From the NCBI RefSeq assembly GCF_001194135.2, contig NC_068991.1:54167472-54216559 (forward strand): DNA of 49,088 nt, written 5' to 3'. Every line of letters starts with the position of its first letter. The stretch's first letter is position 1. The notes under the pieces are model-generated. The model made no database searches and was not told the DNA's origin. It saw only the letters and a list, made by a program, of their open reading frames with translations. Below, piece after piece: positions 37,354 to 48,924 of the stretch. The stretch is from Octopus bimaculoides. Taxonomy: Eukaryota. A program made the translations under genes and the position numbers.

Positions 37354-37424
37354 GCCATGATAAAACTCCGAGTTTCGGATGCCAGGGTGGGAGCCCACGC
37401 CAACATCTCTTCAGTTATCCGGCC
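37354..37424 (-). ncRNA. Type I hammerhead ribozyme motif (Penelope/retrozyme-like)
   Basis: Minus strand: GGCC-G-GATAA CTGAAGA GATGTTGG cgtgggctcccacc CTGGCATC C GAAA CT cgg AG T T TTATC AT GGC. The CUGANGA and GAAA cores, stems I/II/III and a GUU cleavage triplet are all present. Confidence 0.7.
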
Positions 37425-37566
37425 ATTGAAAATTCCTGTGAAAAATTACCCTAAAAAAAAAAAAGGGAAATTACTATGTAGTGACAAGGTCAAAATGCAT
37501 CTAAATGCGTATATTATCGCATGCACGCATATATCCATATACGCACGCACATATATCTATGTATTG

Positions 37567-38013
37567 GTTGGCACTCCGTCAGTTACGACGACGAGGGTTC
37601 CAATTGATCCGATCAACGGAACAGCCTGCTCGTGAAATTAACGTGAAAGTGGCTGAGAACTCCACNNNNNNNNNNCGATCAACGGAACAGCCTGCTCGTG
37701 AAATTAACGTGAAAGTGGCTGAGAACTCCACAGACACGTGTACCCTTAACGTACTTCTCGGGGAGATTCAGCAAGACACAGAGTGTGACAAGGCTGACCC
37801 TTTGAAATACAGGTACAACAGAAACAAGAAGAAAGAGTGAGAGAAAGTTGTGGTGAAAGAGTACAGCAGGGTTCACCACCATCCCCTGCCGGAGCCTTGT
37901 GGAACTTTAGGTGTTTTCGCTCAATAAACACTCACAACGCCCGGTCTGGGAATCGAAACCGCGATCCTACGACCACGAGTCCGCTGCCCTAACCGCTGGG
38001 CCATTACACCTCC
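37567..38013 (-). mobile_element. tRNA-derived SINE family C, tail type 1
   Basis: The minus-strand head GGAGGTGTAATGGCCCAGCGGTTAGGGCAGCGGAC...GGTTTCGATTCCCAG carries A and B boxes. Homologous to 42674-42966. Confidence 0.85.
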
Positions 38014-40139
38014 ACATATCTCTATGTACTCACGCATATATCTACATACGTACGCATCCACGCGCACACTCACACGCGCGCATATATAAAGTTCCTTGTA
38101 CGTGTCTATAGGCGTACAGGAAAAAACAGGGTGGAGGGGAAAAAACAGAAAAATATGTGTGGAAAAAATACAAAAACATTAACCCTATAATTATGTAAAA
38201 AACATAAAAATAATTAAAAAATATAAAAATATAAAATCCAAGTAAAAAAGGTTACTCCGGTAACTTTTTTTCATGTGAATAAATGTTCATGTTAATTTAA
38301 AAGATTTATCCATTAAGTGTTATTTAATTGTTATTTTTAGCACAATATGTGTTATGTCTCTGGTAATTTTCTTTCATGTAAATAAATATTCATGTTAATT
38401 TAGCTGTTATTTTTAGCACGCCTCACAACCACCTCAATGCTCAATGACAAAATAAAACAAGTAAGCATTCAATATACATTTAATACAAATGCGATGAACA
38501 ATACGTATCATGCAATACACACATTTCAATTTAAATATGTTTTAAAAACAAACATTTAAGCATTCAATAAGCATTTAATGCAAATGCGATGAACCACGCA
38601 TTACGCGAAATGCTGGCAGCCAAACCGGTAGGATCCGTTACGACACAGTATCCTCCTGTTTTCAATTTTTCCATAACAAAAGCGAAATTACTGAAGCTTG
38701 CTGCCATAATCACACAGAACACAGAATACAGCATCAAATTTGCCAACACGTGCTTCCTCGCAGATAAAAAAAACTTTTCAAAGACTGTTACTATGGCAAT
38801 AGACAAAAGGATTCTCATGTTCCGCTTCTTAGTTTTGAAACAGGCATGAATGTGTTTGTGGCTTACGATTGGCTAAAATTACCAAAGTTTTCAAATTTTA
38901 ATTACGAATTACTCTTTATTTATTGATATATAGTAAAAATTACTTTCATGTCATTAATTAGCCTATAAAAGTGTATCATTACACTGGATATGAAATCAAT
39001 TCGAACAGAATTGATGCTAACAGCTAAAAAGTTCCCTACAGTGTACCTAAGTACAGTACCATCTTAATGCATTTGATAGTTATCCGGGTGCCTCACGGGT
39101 CTAGGGACCCAATTTTCATTTATGTATTGTTTCCAAGATATACTATGGGATCCATTTGATTTGCCCGGTGGTGGTAGGGCTATAATGCTGCTAAGACGAC
39201 CCTGTACCCCTTAAGTACTATTTGAGTATACTGTAAAGTACTGTTTGAGAACAGCTCTCCTAATATATTTGGCAAGTATCAATATTTGAATTACAGATTT
39301 CTTCAATTTCTTCTCTTACGTCTAGCTTTCTATTGAAAAGAAATGGCATTCATATGTTACCAATGCATGCTGACGTTATACTGTCCAACTAAACAGAATT
39401 CAAGGTAAGACATCATCGACTTTTCTTATTCAATTCTTATTTCAACATATAACTTGCACGTTTTTATTACAACCTACTTTTCAGAGACTTTCAATGCAAT
39501 GTGAAATTCCTCTCTTGAGCTGTCAAGATAAGTCATATATGTTAATAATAAACTAATTTAACCACAAGGCCAGCAATTTTGAGAGTCGGCGGTTTTAGTT
39601 GATGCGATCGACCTCAGTGCTTGTTGCTAAGGATTTTTTTTATCATGGGGCTCACGTGCAAAAGCAACCCCTCCGGTCATCATTTATTTCATGAACCATC
39701 AAACATTGCTTTTTCGTAATACTGAGAGCAACAATATTAAAACGAGCTACTTCTCTAATCACCACTATGCTAGTTCCAGAAAAAACGTGTTCAAACTTGT
39801 TTTAGTTGTTTTTGACTTTTTGGGCTGGATTTACCTAGCGCTTGAATAAAATATACGTTGTAAATGACTTTGTTTTGTTTTGGCTCTATTTTTGTGGAAA
39901 TGAACTTGCGTCCAAGTACGACCTCTTTTTAGACACCAGCGGCACTTCTTAAAGAACGCCAAGTGCAGCAGCATGGTTGATTGAAGAAACACAACTAATA
40001 CTTTCTATGCTACACCTATCGTATATCCTTACAAGCGGAAGAAATAGAGAAGAGGCGGTATTTCATCGTCGCAGATACGCATGATAACCCAACAGCCGCA
40101 ACGACCTCCTTTGAATGGTTGTTTGTTTATGGGCTAAGA

Positions 40140-40580
40140 AGTTCATGCTCATACAAAACACCACATGTCCTCTTAACGTCACAGCAACACAAAGACTGTC
40201 GTATATCATGCCGAAGTGACGCCAAAGGACCTCAGCGGGCAGTCAAACGTGTAGAAGTACGTGGGCACAACAGAAGATCCTTTCAGGACTAGGTTTAACA
40301 CTTATAATCCTTGTTTGATATTCAAGAAAGACGCAATGTCACAGCCCAGGCTAGGCATATATGGTCATTGAAATAAAGTGGCACGGGTTACAAGTGGAGA
40401 ACATATAGCGAAGTGCAAGCTTTATTTTGACAATAGAAGGAAGTGCAGGCTAAGTTTAGCCGAAAAAAGAAGTATCTTTAACAATTCTCTTTTCCCGGAT
40501 ATCTACATAAACTGCAGGTGTAAAATAAAAATATCTTGATCGTCTCCAAAGCAGAAACGATACGTGAATTATGCATTAGA
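40140..40580 (+). mobile_element. Penelope-like GIY-YIG relic (same family as 35190-35620)
   Basis: TCPLN..TVVYHAEVTPKD...KYVGTTEDPFRTRFN and KCRLSLAEKRSI. Confidence 0.8.
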
Positions 40581-40766
40581 TGCTGTTGTTGTTGTTGTTT
40601 TTGCTAGTGGTGGTGGTGGTGGTAGTGGTGTTGCCGCTGCTGCTGTTGTTATTGCTGTTGTTGATGTTGATTAGCACAGGTCAGCTTTGACTAAATATAT
40701 CTATGATTAACCACTTTTAGATCGTTATTAATCTATCATTTTATGGGTATCTCGGACTATATTCGT

Positions 40767-41070
40767 GGAGGTGCAATGGCCCAGTGGTTAGGGCAGCGGA
40801 CTCACGGTTTCGAATCCCAGACCGGGCGTTGTGTGTGTTTATTGAACGAAAACACCTAAAGCTCCACGAGGCTCCAGCAGGGGATGGTGGAGACTCCTGT
40901 TGTACTTTTTCGACCCAACTTTCTCTCGCTCTTTCTTCCTGTTTCTTGAGTAACGCTGCGATGGACTGGCGTCCCGTCCAGCTGGGGGAAACACATACTC
41001 CATAGAAACCAGGAAACCGGGCCAATGAGCCTGGCTAGGCTTTAAAAGGGCGCATAAATAAATAAATAAA
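40767..41070 (+). mobile_element. tRNA-derived SINE family C, tail type 2
   Basis: Head identical to family C. The 3' part GAGTAACGCTGCGATGG...AAAAGGGCGCAT(AAAT)n is shared with 43600-43775. Confidence 0.85.
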
Positions 41071-41397
41071 TAAAATAAAGGACTATATTCCATCATTTGT
41101 CAGACGCTAAGATGTTACTTGAGGTTATTTGGCTGCTGTTTCAAGCAGGTTGATATTATTTGAGATATAGTTGTTTCAAGCAGGTCAATGTCATTTGAGG
41201 GATATTTGGCTGCTGTTTCAAGCACTGAGGTTTCTTCATTGACTGGATACATTAAGTCTTAGGAAACTACTGAATCAGCAAAAGTTTATTGAGATAGCTT
41301 GAAGCTTGTTTTAATCCGATCAATTATTTGCGAAACCTTAAAAGACCTTGGTTGTAAGCTTCGAAGAGGATATATATATACATATAATATATGTGTC

Positions 41398-41502
41398 CCG
41401 ACTTTTCGTCCGATATCACTTTGTCTGACATCACTTCGTCCACGTCTTTTGGCCCGACGTCTTTTTGTCCGATGATTTTTTTGTGACACGACTCTTTGTC
41501 CA
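41398..41502. repeat. Degenerate ~15-bp tandem array (7 units, consensus ~AC(A/G)TCW(C/T)TT(C/T)GTCCG)
   Basis: Units start at 41401, 41413, 41428, 41442, 41457, 41472 and 41488. Confidence 0.65.
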
Positions 41503-41759
41503 ATTTTAAATAAACTTTTTTGAAATGGTGTCGAGATACCAAACATCTTTTTCAGCTAATTAGAGGTCGCTGAATCTGAAAATGACCTTACTTTTTCTTG
41601 GTTAGCTACTGTTTTTGCTGTACAGAGATTCCTCAGTTTTTTTGGGGGGAAAAAAGCATTTTTTTCATTTATTTTCTGTATATTTGATCTTGATCGATGG
41701 CAATATTTCTCAAAGTAAAATCGTAGAAATCTCTCAATTCATATTTAAACCAGCAAATA

Positions 41760-42650
41760 TTGGTCTGCTTATTGAGAAATACTATTTTTGCAATAACAAT
41801 CAGACCCTAAGTCTTTAAAAATAACACGATTGAATATAGCTTATTTCGAGAAACAATCAAGCCATCGTCACGATGCAAACCAGCATCATGAGATGGGAAT
41901 CTATTCTTCAATATGTTTAATATTTATAGGCCGACCAGACCACAAACATCTGCGCTGTCGTATGACCCCATAGAGATGTTAGACAACTCGTCATCGTTTG
42001 TTTTTTCTTTTTACCCAAGTTTCCCCCTTACTAAATAATTGAGTTTTTCTGACGTGTCTAATAACATCCAGTTCAATGGTCTCCATATCAACGAATGATT
42101 TAGCAAATTAGACGGCCTTATCTTGCAACGAACTAGAAATCGAGGGGTAAAAATCAACAATATCAAATGGGTAAATTTAACTATATCCTTATTATTAATT
42201 CTGCTGAACCAATCTACCACTGTGAAGTAATTATCTCACTGTCTAAGACCAGTAGTTTTCCTTATTTTATTGTTAATATTTCTAAATATTTTCTTAGGCA
42301 CCAACCCTATTTCCGATTTGGCTGGGTTTAGTGATTTACAAGTAGGTTTGTTGCAGGAAATTCGGTTTGTGGACTTTTAACGCAATAAAGGCTAAGCATT
42401 CTAATCTATCATCAATATTACAGCGGCCTGCAAGAATTTCAGCTTCCTCATTGATGTCATGATATTTCTTAGCATTGGTCTTCTTGTATTTTGCGGTAAT
42501 GGAATCAGTTAATAGTCTATCGTGAGTCTCTTTAGATATTTCATACAGATTGTTGGTTTTATTACAAAATACGAACTTCTTATCCGAATTCCTAAAATTC
42601 TTAATGTCCGAATCCATTTTTGCTTGAAAGTGATTATTGTACTTGCGTAA
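41760..42650 (-). mobile_element. Penelope-like reverse transcriptase relic
   Basis: NKTNNLYEI...LKVHKPNF...LNPAKSEIG...FDIVDFYPSI...MGSYDSADVCGLVG...GLHRDDGL occur in order with frameshifts and stops. Confidence 0.85.
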
Positions 42651-42673
42651 TCTAACGCTAGTATCTAGATTAA

Positions 42674-42966
42674 GTTGTTGTTGGCACTCCGTCGTTTACG
42701 ACGTAGAGGGTTCCAGTTGATCCGATCAACGGAACAGCCTGCTCGTGAAATTAACGTGCGAGTGGCTGAGCACTCCACAGACACGTGTACCCATAACGTA
42801 GTTCTCGGGGATATTCAGTGTGACACAGTGTGACAAGGCTGACCCTTTGAAATACAGGCACAACAGAAACAGGAAGTAAGAGTGAGAGAAAGTTGTGGTG
42901 GAAGAGCACAGCAGGGTTCGCCACCATCCCCTGCCGGAGCCTCGTGGAGCTTTAGGTGTTTTCGCT
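42674..42966 (-). mobile_element. SINE family C, tail type 1 (head lost in gap)
   Basis: Highly similar to 37567-37920. Confidence 0.85.
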
Positions 42967-43599
42967 NNNNNNNNNNNNNNNNNNNNNNNNNNNNNNNNNN
43001 NNNNNNNNNNNNNNNNNNNNNNNNNNNNNNNNNNNNNNNNNNNNNNNNNNNNNNNNNNNNNNNNNNNNNNNNNNNNNNNNNNNNNNNNNNNNNNNNNNNN
43101 NNNNNNNNNNNNNNNNNNNNNNNNNNNNNNNNNNNNNNNNNNNNNNNNNNNNNNNNNNNNNNNNNNNNNNNNNNNNNNNNNNNNNNNNNNNNNNNNNNNN
43201 NNNNNNNNNNNNNNNNNNNNNNNNNNNNNNNNNNNNNNNNNNNNNNNNNNNNNNNNNNNNNNNNNNNNNNNNNNNNNNNNNNNNNNNNNNNNNNNNNNNN
43301 NNNNNNNNNNNNNNNNNNNNNNNNNNNNNNNNNNNNNNNNNNNNNNNNNNNNNNNNNNNNNNNNNNNNNNNNNNNNNNNNNNNNNNNNNNNNNNNNNNNN
43401 NNNNNNNNNNNNNNNNNNNNNNNNNNNNNNNNNNNNNNNNNNNNNNNNNNNNNNNNNNNNNNNNNNNNNNNNNNNNNNNNNNNNNNNNNNNNNNNNNNNN
43501 NNNNNNNNNNNNNNNNNNNNNNNNNNNNNNNNNNNNNNNNNNNNNNNNNNNNNNNNNNNNNNNNNNNNNNNNNNNNNNNNNNNNNNNNNNNNNNNNNNN

Positions 43600-43775
43600 A
43601 GAGGGTGGTGGCGACCCCTGTTGTACTCTTTCGCCCCAACTTTCTCTCACTGTTTCTTGAGTAACGCTGCGATGGACAGGTGTCCCGCCCAGCTGGGGGG
43701 AACACATACGCTATAGAAACCGGGAAACCGGGCCCATGAGCCTGGCTAGGCTTTAAAAGGGGCGCATAAAAAAAA
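43600..43775 (+). mobile_element. SINE family C, tail type 2 (head lost in gap)
   Basis: Highly similar to 40880-41055. Confidence 0.85.
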
Positions 43776-44413
43776 ATCAATAACAAGAGTACTCTAATGA
43801 GAGTCTAATATTACTATAAATGCTTCCTACTATATGCATTATATGCGCTACCGATAGTTTCACGTACATAAGTACGTTCATCTAATTTTATTTTACCTTT
43901 TCGCATTTTTCATAACGCTTAGGATACTGACATAATTGCGTCGAGTTATTTCAACATTTACAATTTCTCCATCCTGTCATTTCAATTTTGTATTATATTA
44001 TCGACATTCAAATTTTTCCACTAATATTTCTACAATTTATATATATTCTCTATCAGATTTTTCCGCTTATATTTTTACACGATTTTGTGTATAATGTTTA
44101 TTTAATATAATTTGTATAGTGTGTGTACTGTGTCTGGCTTTGTGTATGCATGAGTTCGTATGGTCTTTGGACTCTTTAGATTCTTCGTATATACAATATA
44201 ATTCCAGTTTTTCTTTTATATTTATATATTCTTATTTTTTATTTTCTTCTTACTTTTCATGTTCATACGTGAATTTACAGTTTTCTGAAAAATTATATTT
44301 TATATATTTTAATATTTATATTGAATATACCTTTTAAAGTTTTATATATAATTTTTATTTACCTATTTATTTATTCATTAAAAAAAATCTTTCTTTTGGG
44401 TCTTTTTTATTAT

Positions 44414-44702
44414 TCATTCACCCATCTTGGTGGAATCTTCCATTAGGTACGTTTTGCCTTATATTCTTAAAGGAACGAAAAATTACTCAGCAGCTCGGGC
44501 TAATACGAACGATCCTGGTAGTTATAAAAGTCTGACTGGCATTTCATATCAAGAGTACAGGTGACAGTCAGATCGCTAATGTTTGTTGTACACCCCGCTG
44601 TCGTTATTTGATTGCCGTTATTCTGTGCGTCTGTGTGTAAAGATCAGTTTTGTTTTGCAGGATTATTTTATTATTACCCTGAACTTTAAAATGGAGAAAG
44701 AT
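44414..44702 (+). promoter_or_regulatory. Candidate 5' end of a second gene (Inr/TATA, splice sites, ATG running into a gap)
   Basis: TCATTC at 44414, AG|GTACGT donor at 44446/7, TATAAAAG at 44523-44530, TTTTGTTTTGCAG acceptor at 44659-44660, and AAAATGG start at 44691 (MEKD...). Confidence 0.3.
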
Positions 44703-46033
44703 NNNNNNNNNNNNNNNNNNNNNNNNNNNNNNNNNNNNNNNNNNNNNNNNNNNNNNNNNNNNNNNNNNNNNNNNNNNNNNNNNNNNNNNNNNNNNNNNNN
44801 NNNNNNNNNNNNNNNNNNNNNNNNNNNNNNNNNNNNNNNNNNNNNNNNNNNNNNNNNNNNNNNNNNNNNNNNNNNNNNNNNNNNNNNNNNNNNNNNNNNN
44901 NNNNNNNNNNNNNNNNNNNNNNNNNNNNNNNNNNNNNNNNNNNNNNNNNNNNNNNNNNNNNNNNNNNNNNNNNNNNNNNNNNNNNNNNNNNNNNNNNNNN
45001 NNNNNNNNNNNNNNNNNNNNNNNNNNNNNNNNNNNNNNNNNNNNNNNNNNNNNNNNNNNNNNNNNNNNNNNNNNNNNNNNNNNNNNNNNNNNNNNNNNNN
45101 NNNNNNNNNNNNNNNNNNNNNNNNNNNNNNNNNNNNNNNNNNNNNNNNNNNNNNNNNNNNNNNNNNNNNNNNNNNNNNNNNNNNNNNNNNNNNNNNNNNN
45201 NNNNNNNNNNNNNNNNNNNNNNNNNNNNNNNNNNNNNNNNNNNNNNNNNNNNNNNNNNNNNNNNNNNNNNNNNNNNNNNNNNNNNNNNNNNNNNNNNNNN
45301 NNNNNNNNNNNNNNNNNNNNNNNNNNNNNNNNNNNNNNNNNNNNNNNNNNNNNNNNNNNNNNNNNNNNNNNNNNNNNNNNNNNNNNNNNNNNNNNNNNNN
45401 NNNNNNNNNNNNNNNNNNNNNNNNNNNNNNNNNNNNNNNNNNNNNNNNNNNNNNNNNNNNNNNNNNNNNNNNNNNNNNNNNNNNNNNNNNNNNNNNNNNN
45501 NNNNNNNNNNNNNNNNNNNNNNNNNNNNNNNNNNNNNNNNNNNNNNNNNNNNNNNNNNNNNNNNNNNNNNNNNNNNNNNNNNNNNNNNNNNNNNNNNNNN
45601 NNNNNNNNNGAAGTTCAGTGGTTTTAAATCACAAAAGTCAATTTTGCTTTTCAGAGTTTTCTTGGATCAATAGAAGTACCAGTTTTGTACTTGGGTCTCT
45701 TTAAATAAGTATGTATTTTTCTTACAAAACTTGGCCCCTGTTTAGTCAAAAGAAATCTAATTTTCACTTTTTCATTTGTTTGAATAACATTGATACTTCA
45801 TACTTCATACTTACACAAAACCTTCGCTGCCTCTCAAGTCTGGCCTGTCTTTTCCTCTCCCAGATTGTGTTGGTTTTGAATTGTCATCAATGCTTCTGTA
45901 ACTTTGCTTTTTTCTAGATAGGGGCGTTGACTCTACACAAACCCATTTTTACCTCTGGGAAAAGGTGGCCCATATTAGTCTGGCCCCTGTCCTTTCAGCT
46001 GTTCACCAATATATACATATACATGCATACATC

Positions 46034-46095
<62 letters not shown>

Positions 46096-46129
46096 AAGCA
46101 TAAAATTAAAAAAAACATGCAACATGCCT

Positions 46130-46360
46130 GTCAAATATAATATGGGCATTGAAAGAAGGTGGAACAAGCAACCCCTAGATAGAATGGAAAATCATTGCTA
46201 AAGCCAAAAATACAGAGAATGGGGTACCAAATGTGAACTCTGTATTACTGTAATACTAAACATTATTCAATCAACAGATAACATCCTAAACATTAGGGAT
46301 GAAACCTTCTCTCCCTGCATACACAAGCAGTATTTTACTCTCAAATACTTCAAAGAAGAG
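46130..46360 (+). mobile_element. Penelope-like GIY-YIG C-terminal relic
   Basis: LSNIIWALKEGG...EWKIIAKAKN...KCELCIT...ILNIRDETFSPCIHK. Confidence 0.7.
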
Positions 46361-47038
46361 CCACATCTGCGACGGTAATCCCACAAGGATATCCCCTTTC
46401 CTGAATGTGGAATCTGAACACACACAGGACACAAAATCCACACACAGAAGAGATATACTCCAATGACGAACTACCTCAGCTCACAAGTATAAGAACACTA
46501 CACCCAGAACAAAAACAAAATAATGCAAATTGACCACACAAGAGTTTGCCCAAAAGGCAAATCTAATGGAGACAAACATTCAAAAGATGCCACCCAAGAG
46601 TAACGCCCATTAATTCATTGTTTTATTCACGAAAATTCACGAGAATCTTCGCGAACTAAATGAGGTTGTGTTTTCCAAACTGGAGGCGATCACCGTCTCC
46701 ATGTGATCGGTTTGAAAAATTTCTAAGACACTAGGACATTTTCCTACTTTTCGTAACATGAAACCAACGGTAGCCTTAATTCACAAATAAAGAAATTATA
46801 TCCATCAATGCGGTGTTGAGCACTCATTTTCATCGTTTAACATTTACACACACACACCNNNNNNNNNNNNNNNNNNNNNNNNNNNNNNNNNNNNNNNNNN
46901 NNNNNNNNNNNNNNNNNNNNNNNNNNNNNNNNNNNNNNNNNNNNNNNNNNNNNNNNNNNNNNNNNNNNNNNNNNNNNNNNNNNNNNNNNNNNNNNNNNNN
47001 NNNNNNNNNNNNNNNNNNNNNNNNNNNNNNNNNNNNNN

Positions 47039-47126
<88 letters not shown>

Positions 47127-48058
47127 TAGCAAACGCACGCACCCTTGGGATGGTTTAACATATAAATAAATAATAGATAAAAATATGTGAAAACAACTAA
47201 ATGATATTCTATAATGCAAATATACGACCATGTAGATTTTAAAAGTATGGAAAGCAGTCGAAATATATAAATAGACAAAATCCTTTCACTTTTATAATAT
47301 TCTCTAATCAAAATTCTCAAACAATATACACCAATACACATAAAAAATATAGAAAGTAATAATACACAATTACAACATATAAATAGATAATAATAATAAA
47401 TAAGAAAACCCACTAAAAAATATTCTCTAATGCCAATATACCACCATATAGATTCAAAAAGTATGGAAAACCCTACGTATAAAAATCTATGTACATACAA
47501 CGAATTAGAGAAAAACCCTTGTAAACCACCGTTTTTCCTGGTTTGTCCACTTACACGGGAGCTCTGAGCAAAATGTTATTCTTTTGCTAGTGGAAGCAAC
47601 ACTCTTATTTAAGAGTTGATTCTCTGGGACGAATCATATGTTATTGTTTAAGAAAAGGCTAGAACGACAATGCTGAAACGTATTTGAAATAATGGACAAC
47701 AGTCGAAATATCATAATGGACTGGTAAATAAGCATCCTTAAAGTGAAACAACGCAATGGAAAAGAGGGAAGGGAACATCACCTTTCAAGTAACTCAGAAT
47801 AGGTAAAGGTAAGCTTGCCAAAGTTTAATGCAGTTTAAATATGGAGATTAAGACTGTTTGGTATTGGATATTCATCGTGTACAATCTTCCTAGTCAATTT
47901 AATCACCATTGCAGGTGGACAGTCAAAATATTATAGTGCATAACCATCCTTGGGACATAAGTAATGTGCGTGCAAAGTTTGATGAAAATCGGTTGAGAAT
48001 TGTGGAAAAGTATGCGTTAGTCATTATACACACACATACTGTGATTTATATAGACTGT

Positions 48059-48089
<31 letters not shown>

Positions 48090-48924
48090 NNNNNNNNNNN
48101 NNNNNNNNNNNNNNNNNNNNNNNNNNNNNNNNNNNNNNNNNNNNNNNNNNNNNNNNNNNNNNNNNNNNNNNNNNNNNNNNNNNNNNNNNNNNNNNNNNNN
48201 NNNNNNNNNNNNNNNNNNNNNNNNTATATAGGCGCAGGAATGGGTATGTTGTAAGAAATTTGAGAGAGAGAGAGCGAGAGAGAGAGAGATAAGGAGAGAC
48301 AGAGAGATGACAGACAGAAACAGAGAGACAGAGGCGGAGAGAGAGGAAGACCTAGAAAGAATAACAATGAGAGAGAGAAAGGAATTTGTGCATGATAACG
48401 AAATGTGTGTATGTGGGGAGGCGATAGTAACCGAAGAAAAAAAAGATGGAGTCGGATTTTGACTGAGATAAAAAGGAAGTAACTACATATATATTGGGCA
48501 GATAGGGGAAATTTAATAATGAAGTGCTCTGTGAAGGTAAAAGCGTAAGAGTAAGCAAGCGAAGAAGGGGAGCTATTCAAAGATACGGGAAAGAGAAGCT
48601 CATGGAAAAACAACACACAATCCAATTCTGGTTAACTCCATTGAGACGAAGTTCTTAGTTATAGAGAAATTGCTTGTCTTCGAACTCGAGAAAGAAGACG
48701 AAGGTATCACAAGAAGTAAATGTTTAAAGTGTATTGGAGAGTTGAGCTAGAAAACCATCACGATAAACACAAGAAGAAACAGAAGCAACGGCCGAGGGGG
48801 GAAAAGAATAACAAAATGAATCATAATAACATCTGAAGGTTAAAAGGTTAACAGCCTGATGCCTGCGTCTGTGACTGTGAAAAAAATATGAGTGACGAAT
48901 GGGTTAATCCCTCCATTGTTTTCT

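Noticed and set aside
37610-37735. Apparent ~55-bp tandem duplication inside a SINE
   Set aside because: The identical copies flank a 10-N gap, most likely unmerged contig overlap.
37940-38013. tRNA-like sequence (also ~40767-40825 and the family B heads)
   Set aside because: These are SINE heads with A/B boxes but no proper acceptor stem, each continuing into a SINE body.
38564-38849. Overlapping 84-aa and 86-aa ORFs on opposite strands
   Set aside because: No recognisable domain or splice context; likely repeat-internal.
42815-45704. Long ORFs in the track made mostly of X (also 20245-20664, 28808-29338, 32268-32883)
   Set aside because: Artefacts of N gaps.
46680-46720. Perfect 7-bp hairpin CGATCAC/GTGATCG between CTGGAGG and GAAA
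   Set aside because: The core deviates from CUGANGA, extra bases precede GAAA, and no stem I or III is evident.
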